Below are positions 1 to 7,120 of a stretch of DNA of 26,874 nt, piece by piece. Every line of letters starts with the position of its first letter. Positions within the stretch are counted from its first letter, which is position 1. A program made the translations under genes and the position numbers. Under the pieces are notes generated by a model. That model was not told the origin of the DNA. It did no database searches and worked only from the letters and a program-made list of their open reading frames with translations. Origin of the DNA: Myxococcales bacterium (lineage in GTDB: Bacteria; Myxococcota; Myxococcia; Myxococcales; Anaeromyxobacteraceae); contig JBBQEB010000036.1 of NCBI GenBank assembly GCA_038320275.1, positions 1 through 26,874 on the forward strand, written 5' to 3'.

Positions 1-130
1 GCGACGCGTAAGAACATGCCACGTCGCCAGGAGCGCGGTCGTGGAAAGAGCGGCACCGGGCTGTGCGCCCGCGCGCAGGCCCCGTCCGGCGCCCTGCGAT
101 TCGGGCGAATGACGGGGGTGCCCGCGCGGT

Positions 131-1819
131 TCAGCGCAGCGATACCGCCGGAGCGAGCTTCGGCGATTGCGGCACGCGCAGGCCGGTCGCCTCGGCGCGC
201 GCCCGGGTGGTGGCCTCCAGCGCAGAGGCGTCGAGGGCGGCGGCTCCCAGCAGCCCCGACAGCGCCTCGGGGTCGAGGCGGGAACCGTCGGCGAAGACGG
301 CTCCAAGGAAGGAGCCGCTCTCCTTGGCGGCCCACCAGCCCTTCGGGCTGCGCGAGGCGAGGAGCGCCTGGGCGTCGGCGGCGAGGAGCGAGGCGCGCAG
401 CGCGTCGGCCGACTCGAGCAGCGGGTCGCGCTCCAGGATGAAGAGCTCCAGCTCCTCCGGCCCGATCGGACGGCCAAAGGCGCGCTCCAGGACGGGCTTC
501 GCGGCGGCGCCCGCACGATTCGCGGGAAGGCGCGAACGGGCCACCTCCACCAGGATGCGCGCAGCCTGCGTCCTCGCCTCGTGGAGGCGCCGGGCCGCGG
601 AGGCGCGCACCAGCGGCCGGAGCTGCGCCGCCTCCAGCCCGGCGCGCTCGGTGAGCCACCCCGGATCGGACGCGAGGTCGGCAAACAGCTCCGCCCAGGT
701 CTCGCTCGTCACACCGCCCAGCCGCCGGAGCTCGAGCGAAGGCGTCGTGATGCGGGTGTAGAACACGGCCGCTCCCAGCTCGTGCAGCAGTCCGCGCAGT
801 TCGGGGATCGATCCCGAAGGGGCGAACGCGACGCGAACGCCATCCGGCACGCGCACCGGCAGGGCCAGCGCGCGCGGGTCCTTTCCGGGCCGGGCGGAGA
901 GGTCGAGCACGACGCCCGGGCGCCCCTCGAGCTCGAGCCCCAGCGAGGCGAGGGTGGCCTGCGCGTCGGGCACGAAGCGCGATGCTGGATAGGCGTGTAC
1001 GTCCTCGCCCGCCCGGAGCAGGCGCGGCAGGTCGCGGCCGTGCAGCTCCCCGAGCGCGATGCCGAGCTCGGTGCGGGCCAGCTCGCCCAGGATCGCCCGG
1101 TAGGTTGCGTCGGTGCCGGCGAGGACCGCCTCCGCCAGCGCGGCGAGCCGCTCGGGCGCGGCGAGGCGAAGCTCCGCAGCGGCGGCCAGGAGCGAAGGGT
1201 ATCCGAGCCGCCGCGCCACGGCGCCCAGCTCGTCGAGATGTGCCTGGACTGCGGGGGCGCGGCGTCGCTCGGCGTCGAGCCAGCCCTTCTCCAGCAGGAC
1301 CCGGCGCACGGGGTCGCGCTCGCGCGCGAGGAGCCCGCCCGCGCTCGAGGCCGGGACCGCCTTGCCTTCCCAGCTGAGCGCCGAAGGCGCCGCGGCCAGG
1401 CGGCCGGAGGAGGCGGCGGAGCCGCGGGATAGCTCCTCCCCCAGCAGAAAGGCCTGGAGCAAGGACAGCGCCCGTCGCTCGTCGCCCTGCGCCCGGTCCC
1501 GCTCGCGCTTCACGAAGGCGAGGGTCTCGGGGGTGAAGAGGGCCTCGTGTCTCGCGACGATAGGTCCAATCTCGGGGGGCTTTCCCGCCGTCCACGCAAC
1601 CCACAGCGCCTCGCCCTCCGCGGTGAGGAGCGCCTCGACCTCCTCGCGGATGCCGGCCAGTCGGCCGTTCGCGGAAGGGGATGGACCGTCCGTTCCGGCC
1701 GCCGCGCCCGGACCCGCGGCTGCCGCCTGCGGGGGCGCCTCCGCCCGCGGCGCCTCCCCGCCATGCGCGCAGGCGAGGGTGAGCGCGAGGAGGGCAGGGA
1801 GAAACGAGGTCGTCTTCAC
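131..1819 (-). CDS. Predicted lipoprotein, zincin (M3/M32-like) peptidase homologue with degenerate zinc motif
   Basis: ORF 131..1840; likely start GTG at 1819 (VKTTSFLPALLALTLAC = signal peptide with lipobox Cys). Ala/Pro linker, then a helical body with LLHELGAA and downstream ETWAELF where HExxH...E would be expected. Family assignment is by motif recollection only. Confidence 0.7.
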   Translation of the reverse strand: MKTTSFLPALLALTLACAHGGEAPRAEAPPQAAAAGPGAAAGTDGPSPSANGRLAGIREEVEALLTAEGEALWVAWTAGKPPEIGPIVARHEALFTPETLAFVKRERDRAQGDERRALSLLQAFLLGEELSRGSAASSGRLAAAPSALSWEGKAVPASSAGGLLARERDPVRRVLLEKGWLDAERRRAPAVQAHLDELGAVARRLGYPSLLAAAAELRLAAPERLAALAEAVLAGTDATYRAILGELARTELGIALGELHGRDLPRLLRAGEDVHAYPASRFVPDAQATLASLGLELEGRPGVVLDLSARPGKDPRALALPVRVPDGVRVAFAPSGSIPELRGLLHELGAAVFYTRITTPSLELRRLGGVTSETWAELFADLASDPGWLTERAGLEAAQLRPLVRASAARRLHEARTQAARILVEVARSRLPANRAGAAAKPVLERAFGRPIGPEELELFILERDPLLESADALRASLLAADAQALLASRSPKGWWAAKESGSFLGAVFADGSRLDPEALSGLLGAAALDASALEATTRARAEATGLRVPQSPKLAPAVSLR

Positions 1820-1876
1820 GGGACGGATGGTACTCGACAACCCGCGGCCCGGCGCGGGGCGTCTGCCCCTGGAACA

Positions 1877-1967
1877 CGTCCGCCCGCGCCTGCGCGGGTG
1901 ACCGCCCTACGACATCGACGAAGTGGTGTCCGGCAACCGTCCTCCCGCGCCCGCGCGGGTGACCGCC
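1877..1967. repeat. Two 30-bp direct repeats (28/30 identical), each with an internal hairpin, separated by a 31-nt unique spacer; CRISPR type I-E-like mini-array
   Basis: 1877-1906 CGTCCGCCCGCGCCTGCGCGGGTGACCGCC and 1938-1967 CGTCCTCCCGCGCCCGCGCGGGTGACCGCC; period 61 nt; stem CCCGCG/CGCGGG. The repeat itself is certain; the CRISPR interpretation is tentative. Confidence 0.8.
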
Positions 1968-1994
1968 GTTCCGGCCTCGCACTAAGGTGTGTCG

Positions 1995-3044
1995 ATGGAA
2001 CGTCGAGAGGCCGCCCGCGCCCGGGCCCGGCTGCACGCCGCCCTGCGCGAGCGCTTCGCCGCGCTGGGCTACGAGGAGGTGGAGACGCCCTGCCTCGTGC
2101 CCGCGCCCGGGATGGAGCCGCACATCCAGGCCTTCGAGGCGGCCTTCCTGCCGGAGGGCGGAGGCGCCGGCCAGCCGCTGTACCTGCACACCAGCCCCGA
2201 GTACGCCATGAAGCGGCTCCTCGCGGATGGGTTCTCGCGCATCTTCCAGCTCGCGCGCGTCTTCCGGAACGGCGAGGTGAGCGCTACGCACAATCCCGAG
2301 TTCACCATGGTGGAATTCTATCGGGCCGGCACGGACTACCGGGGCATCATGGCGGACCTGGAGGAGCTCGTGGCACACGCCGCGCGCGCGGTCGCCGGGG
2401 GCACCCGCGTCGGGGGCGAGGTTCAACGCGCGGTCGGCGCGGGCGGTCCGCCGCTGCCGGGCGGAACTCTCGATCTCTCGCCGCCGTTCCAGCGCCTGAC
2501 GGTCGCCGAGGCGTTCAGGTCGTTGGCGGGGGTGGACCTCGCCGCGTGCGGGGACGACCCGGAGCGGCTCCGCGCCGAGCTCGTGCGCGCCGGGCTCAAT
2601 CCCGGCCAGCCGGATGACAGCTTCGACGACCTCTTCTTTCGGGTGTTTCTCGAGCAGGTGGAGCCGCGGCTCGGGGTCGGGCGGCCGACCTATCTCGTCG
2701 ATTGGCCTGCCTCGATGGCGGCGCTGGCGAGGCTGCGCGCCGACGACCCGCGCTGGGCGGAGCGCTTCGAGCTCTACGCGGGTGGGCTCGAGCTCGCCAA
2801 TGGCTTCTCCGAGCTGACCGACGCCGCCGAGCAGCGTCGGCGATTCGAGGAGGAGAAGAGGGTCCGGCGGCGGTTCGGGCGGGAGCCGTACCCGGTCGAC
2901 GAGAGGTTCCTGGCCGCGCTGCCGCGGATGCCGGAGGCAGGCGGCGTTGCGGTCGGCCTGGATCGTCTCCTCATGCTGCTGGTGGGCGCGAGGTCGATCG
3001 AGGAGGTGCTGCTGTTCCCGGCGGCGGGGTTCGTGGGGGGGTGA
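1995..3044 (+). CDS. epmA: EF-P lysine aminoacylase (EpmA/GenX/PoxA), catalytic-domain-only LysRS paralogue
   Basis: EVETP, LHTSPEYAMKRLL, FRNGE-x4-HNPEFTMVEFY, ERFELY-x3-ELANGFSEL and GVAVGLDRL motifs; no anticodon-binding domain. ATG at 1995. Confidence 0.95.
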   Translation: MERREAARARARLHAALRERFAALGYEEVETPCLVPAPGMEPHIQAFEAAFLPEGGGAGQPLYLHTSPEYAMKRLLADGFSRIFQLARVFRNGEVSATHNPEFTMVEFYRAGTDYRGIMADLEELVAHAARAVAGGTRVGGEVQRAVGAGGPPLPGGTLDLSPPFQRLTVAEAFRSLAGVDLAACGDDPERLRAELVRAGLNPGQPDDSFDDLFFRVFLEQVEPRLGVGRPTYLVDWPASMAALARLRADDPRWAERFELYAGGLELANGFSELTDAAEQRRRFEEEKRVRRRFGREPYPVDERFLAALPRMPEAGGVAVGLDRLLMLLVGARSIEEVLLFPAAGFVGG

Positions 3045-3347
3045 GCGCGGGAGGGCGTGGCGTGGGGGGCGCGAGCTGCGAGGACATCGTTTCGAGTTCG
3101 CGGTCCGCGCAGCGCTCGGCCGGCCAGCTTGGTGGCCAAGGGCCAGGCCGGGGCGCGACGGTGCGCTCGCGCGGCGCCCATCAACGGCGTGTTTTGCATT
3201 GAATCACGAGGGCCCGGGGCGCGTCGGTGCTCTCGCCGACCTCACCGACACCCTGTTCCTGGCGCATTCGCCGAGGCCGCCCTTGAAGGACGCCGCGTCG
3301 GCGTGCGCCCGGGCAGGCCATGTCCGTGTCCAGCCCACCTTGGCGAC

Positions 3348-4154
3348 ATGAATGGACGCGTGAAGGTGGCGCGGGCCGAGGGCTCTCTCGAGCGCTGGGC
3401 GCCGCGACTGGGCCGGGTGCAGCTGCAGCGGCAGTGGACGCTGGACGAAGAGGGAGAAGGAGATCTCGAGTCGTGGCTCGTCGGCGATGCCAGGTATCGT
3501 GGCCGGCTGGTTCTCGCGGTGCGCTCGCTCGAGCCGGCCGCCGGGTGGCCGCGCGAGGGGGCGTGGTTCTGGGAAGCGCCGCCCTGGGCCGACCGGCTGG
3601 GTGAGCTCACCGGCCCATCCTGCAGCGTGGAGAGGGCGCACGCGCTCCTCCTCGACGGCATCGCGCCCGCTACGCTGCTGTACGACGTGGTCGATGGGGA
3701 GGAGGACGAGGAGGAGAAGCGCCCGGAGCGCTGGACGCCCTGCCTCCCGGACGCCCTCGCGTCACGGCTTGCGGAGCGCGCCGCCGGCGCGGTCGAGGCG
3801 CTCGCCCGCGCCAAGGGGCTGGAGCTCGCAGCGCGACCGGAGCCCGTCGCCGTCGCCCGCGGGAAGGGTTGTCACGAGGCTTGCGGCGTGGCTGTCGTCG
3901 GCTGGACCGCGCTGCGAGTCGCGCTCGCCGCCTCGTGGGGCGGCGCACCTGCCCTCGTCCTGGCGCACATCTCAGCCGACGAGTGCGAGGAGCTCGACAT
4001 CCCTGTCGCGTCCCAGCACCCGGCACTCTGGCTCTTCCCCTTTGCCGGCACCGCAGCGGCCCCGCGCCTGGTGGTGAATCTCCAGGGAGCCGTACGTCTT
4101 CCGGATGTGGACGATGCGCAAACGGGGTGGGTCGGAGGCGGTTCAAGCGCTTGA
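3348..4154 (+). CDS. Hypothetical protein (~268 aa)
   Basis: 3' part of ORF 3057..4154 from ATG 3348 (MNGRVKVARAEG); protein-like composition and G/C-ending codons; no recognised family. Confidence 0.7.
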   Translation: MNGRVKVARAEGSLERWAPRLGRVQLQRQWTLDEEGEGDLESWLVGDARYRGRLVLAVRSLEPAAGWPREGAWFWEAPPWADRLGELTGPSCSVERAHALLLDGIAPATLLYDVVDGEEDEEEKRPERWTPCLPDALASRLAERAAGAVEALARAKGLELAARPEPVAVARGKGCHEACGVAVVGWTALRVALAASWGGAPALVLAHISADECEELDIPVASQHPALWLFPFAGTAAAPRLVVNLQGAVRLPDVDDAQTGWVGGGSSA

Positions 4155-4159
4155 ACCGC
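4138..4159. repeat. Perfect 22-bp palindrome GCGGTTCAAGCGCTTGAACCGC (hairpin or operator)
   Basis: Self-complementary on direct reading; spans the TGA (4152-4154) of the upstream gene; no U-tract follows. Confidence 0.75.
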
Positions 4160-4430
4160 ACGCGCAGTCTTACCCGAGCAGCGCAACGTGGGTGCGCTCG
4201 ATGGAATCGGGCGCTCCTCGACGAACGCGGTCGTCAAGTCCTCGCTGGCCGGGTCACGGCGTCGCGGGGGCGGGTCCCATGGTGGATGCCCACCGAACGC
4301 TGCAAGGTGGTGCCGCGAATTCAAGGGCCTGAGGAACGCCTGGTCCCCCCCGCCGCTCCACGGACAGGCGCCCGCCCCAGGCCGAAATAATCCCCTTGCG
4401 CCGCCCGTAGGAGGGCGAAAGGAGACCCAC

Positions 4431-4772
4431 ATGCTCTGCCCATACTGCCGCACCGAGAACCGCCCTGGCGCCGTGAAGTGCGCCGCCTGCGCGAGCTGGA
4501 TGGTGGAATCGCCGCCCGTCCGGGAGTGGTATCGGTCGCGCGACAACCGCATGGTGGCGGGCGTCTGCCGCGGGATGGCCCGGCGCTTCGGCATGCCCAT
4601 CGCCGCCCTGCGCCTCGCCTTCCTCCTGGCGCTGTTCCTCGGCGGCTGGGGCATCGTCGTCTACGTCGCGCTCTGGATCGCGATGCCGCTCGACCCGGTG
4701 GTCGCCCTCCTCCCGGCCGGCACTCCCCCCCCGCCGCCGCAGCAGACCATCCCTCCACCTCACGCGGCGTAG
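4431..4772 (+). CDS. pspC: PspC-domain membrane protein with N-terminal zinc ribbon
   Basis: GGAG SD before ATG 4431; CPYC-x10-CAAC, then the PspC signature WYRSRDNRMVAGVCRGMARRFG and a TM segment ending YVALWIAMP; Pro-rich tail. Confidence 0.88.
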   Translation: MLCPYCRTENRPGAVKCAACASWMVESPPVREWYRSRDNRMVAGVCRGMARRFGMPIAALRLAFLLALFLGGWGIVVYVALWIAMPLDPVVALLPAGTPPPPPQQTIPPPHAA

Positions 4773-4781
4773 GGCCGCCTG

Positions 4782-5609
4782 TCAGGGCGCGCGCCCGGCC
4801 GCCCCCACGATCCCCGTCTCCACCGCCGGGGGCCCCTCGCCCTCGACCCTGCCCAGGAGCCGAAGCAGGCCGTCGAGGATGGTGATGGGGTGCGGGGGGC
4901 AGCCCGGGATGTAGAGGTCCACGGGCACTCCGGGAATGGCGCCGTCCACGCCGTCGTTGGCGACCGGGCTGCCGGCGAAGGTGCCGCCGGAGATGGCGCA
5001 GGCACCGGCGGCGATCACGAGCTTGGGCGCGGGCACCGCCTCGTAGGTCCTCCGCAAGGCGAGCAGCATGTTGTCGGTGACGGGGCCGGTGACGACGATC
5101 CCGTCGGCGTGGCGCGGCGAGGCGACGAAGCCGATGCCGAAGCGGGAGAGATCGAACTGGATGTTGCCGGCCGCGTTGAGCTCCGCCTCGCAGGCGTTGC
5201 AGCCGCCCGCCGAAACCTGCCGCAGCCGGAGCGAGCGCCCGAAGAGCTTCCGCATGCGCGCGTCGAGGGCTCGCGCGAGCCTGGGCTCGTCGCCCTTCAC
5301 GAGGAGCTCCTCGCGCGTGCGCATGGAGAGCCGGTAGTCGCGCGTGAAGGTGATGGCGCCCTCGGGGCAGGCCTCGGCGCAGCCCGGGCAGAAGGCGCAG
5401 CGGCCCAGGTCGAGCGCCATGGTCGGCAGGCCCGCGTCCACCAGCGCGCCCGAGGGGCAGGCGTCGGCGCAGGCACGGCAGCCGTCGGGGCAGCGGGACG
5501 GGTCGAGCACGGGACGCCCGCGGAAGCGGGCCGGGAAGCGCGCCGGCCCGTCGGGATAGTCCAGCGTCTGCCCGCCCAGCCGGAGCCGCGCCCTCAGGAT
5601 CTCGATCAC
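4782..5609 (-). CDS. ehrS: Ehr/hydrogenase-4 small subunit: 2x[4Fe-4S] ferredoxin (NuoI/HyfH-like) fused to NuoB/HyfI-like domain
   Basis: CPDGCRACADACP and CAFCPGCAEACP; SAGGCNACEAE, ASPRHADG, GACAISGG, PGCPPHP. Start overlaps the large-subunit stop (GTGA). Confidence 0.9.
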   Translation of the reverse strand: MIEILRARLRLGGQTLDYPDGPARFPARFRGRPVLDPSRCPDGCRACADACPSGALVDAGLPTMALDLGRCAFCPGCAEACPEGAITFTRDYRLSMRTREELLVKGDEPRLARALDARMRKLFGRSLRLRQVSAGGCNACEAELNAAGNIQFDLSRFGIGFVASPRHADGIVVTGPVTDNMLLALRRTYEAVPAPKLVIAAGACAISGGTFAGSPVANDGVDGAIPGVPVDLYIPGCPPHPITILDGLLRLLGRVEGEGPPAVETGIVGAAGRAP

Positions 5610-7120
5610 AGGTCGTGCCCCGCGTAGGAGAGGTTGAAGCTCTTGTTGCAGAGCGGGAAGTCGCTGATGGCTTCCCCCCGCAGCGCCAGGGCGAGCCCCA
5701 TCCAGTTGTGGAAGGAAGGGTCCTTCACCTTGTAGCGCGCGAAGCGGCCTTCACCGTCCGTCACCGCTACGTGGGCGATCTCCCCGCGCCAGCCCTCCAC
5801 CAGCGACACCGCCAGCCGGCCGGGCCTGAGCGGGGGCAGGGTGGCGCGCACGGGCCCGTCCGGAAGGCGGCGCAGGAGCGAGCTCGCGAGCTCGGCGCTC
5901 CGCTCCGCCTCCAGGAACCGCACCCAGGCCCGGGCGTGGACGTCCCCCGCCTCACCCAGCGCCACCTTCGCGTGCGCTGGGCTCTCGCCAGGGGCCGGGT
6001 GATCCCGCCGGACGTCGCGCCCCACTCCGCAGGCGCGCGCGGCCGGCCCGACGAGCCCGAGCTCGCGGCAGCTCTCGGGCGAGATGGCGCCGGTGCCGTC
6101 GGTGCGGTTGCGGGCCGACGGCGAGCGGAAGAAGAGCTGGACCGGACCGCGGACCGCTGTCATGGACTCCTCCACCACGCCCGCCAGCCGCCCGGCGTCG
6201 GCTGGGCTCAGGTCGAAGCGGACGCCGCCGGGGACGAGCAGCCCCTTGCCGAGCCGGTTGCCACAGAGCTCCGCGCTGGCGTTGAGGAAGCGGGCCCGGA
6301 GCGCGCCGCAGGCGCTGGCGGTGGGCAGGAAGCCCACGTCCCCGGCCAGCATCCCGAGGTCTCCCACGTGGTTGGCGAGCCGCTCCAGCTCGAGCGCCAC
6401 CGCGCGGAGCGCCTCCGCCCGCGGAGGCGCTTCCTCCCCGGCGAGCGCCTCCATGGCGCGGCAGAAGGCGAGCCCGTGGCCGATGGCGGTGTCGCCCGCG
6501 ATCGACTCCATCACGGAGGGCGTTCTCAGGTGAGGCCCGCCGAGCAGCGAGCGCTCCACGCCCCGGTGCTGGTAGCCGAGCACGATCTCGAGGTGGAAGA
6601 CGTGCTCGCCGTGGCAGGAGAAGCGAAAGTGCCCCGGCTCGATGACGCCCGCGTGCACCGGCCCCACCGCCACCTCGTGCAGCTCCGCGCCCTCCATGCG
6701 GAAGAAGGGGTCGTCACCCGGGATGCCATCCGCAGGAGCGCCGGGAGCGCTTGCGAGCGCTCCGGGGAGGGGATGCTCGAAGCGCACGCGCTTCAGCCAG
6801 GGGTGCCCTTCAGGGACGACGCCGTACTGCTCCCACAGCTCGCGCTCGAAGAGCTGCGCCGCCGGCCACTCGGCCGAGATCGAGGGCCAGCTCCCGCCCA
6901 CCTCGGTGGAGAGCAGGTCGAGCCGGCTCTCTGCGTCCCGGGCGACGACGCCGGTCACCAGCACGCCCCTGCCTGCGCTCTCCCGGCCGAAGAGCGCGCA
7001 CAGCCGCCCGCCCTCCGCCAGGCCTGCGCAGAGCGCCTCCTGGAAGGCGGGGACCGGCAGGAGCGGCACCTTCTCGATGCCGACCGACTCGCCGTTGCGC
7101 ACGCCGAGGGCGGCGCTCAC
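5606..7120 (-). CDS. ehrL: Ehr large subunit (HyfG/HycE, NuoCD-like) without Ni-Fe ligands
   Basis: Start GTG 7120 overlapping the upstream stop; FERELWEQYG...GHPWLK (NuoC-like), VGPVHAGVIEPGHFRF, LGYQHRGVE, ELERLANH, VEGWRGE, KVKDPSFHNW; C-terminus DFPLCNKSFNLSYAGHDL. Confidence 0.92.
   Translation of the reverse strand: MSAALGVRNGESVGIEKVPLLPVPAFQEALCAGLAEGGRLCALFGRESAGRGVLVTGVVARDAESRLDLLSTEVGGSWPSISAEWPAAQLFERELWEQYGVVPEGHPWLKRVRFEHPLPGALASAPGAPADGIPGDDPFFRMEGAELHEVAVGPVHAGVIEPGHFRFSCHGEHVFHLEIVLGYQHRGVERSLLGGPHLRTPSVMESIAGDTAIGHGLAFCRAMEALAGEEAPPRAEALRAVALELERLANHVGDLGMLAGDVGFLPTASACGALRARFLNASAELCGNRLGKGLLVPGGVRFDLSPADAGRLAGVVEESMTAVRGPVQLFFRSPSARNRTDGTGAISPESCRELGLVGPAARACGVGRDVRRDHPAPGESPAHAKVALGEAGDVHARAWVRFLEAERSAELASSLLRRLPDGPVRATLPPLRPGRLAVSLVEGWRGEIAHVAVTDGEGRFARYKVKDPSFHNWMGLALALRGEAISDFPLCNKSFNLSYAGHDL

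Noticed and set aside
1..130. Possible gene start on the minus strand at ATG 17 (MFLRV...) and plus-strand ORFs 16..441 and 63..761
   Set aside because: Only five codons are visible for the former; the latter are Arg/Ala-rich shadows antisense to the lipoprotein gene.
1841..1877. Possible third degenerate CRISPR-like repeat (CCCGCGGCCCGGCGCGGGG, GGAACAC)
   Set aside because: Out of the 61-nt register (42 nt) and poorly matching.
3071..3150. Loose similarity between this intergenic stretch and the PanE insertion
   Set aside because: Needs several gaps; not distinguishable from chance at this GC content.
4155..4430. Sigma-54 promoter for the pspC-like gene; N-terminal extension from 4188
   Set aside because: No TGGCAC-N5-TTGC with correct spacing; the SD supports the start at 4431.
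5606..7120. Call as NiFe hydrogenase / formate hydrogenlyase HycE
   Set aside because: Both CxxC Ni-binding motifs are absent and there are no maturation genes in the window.
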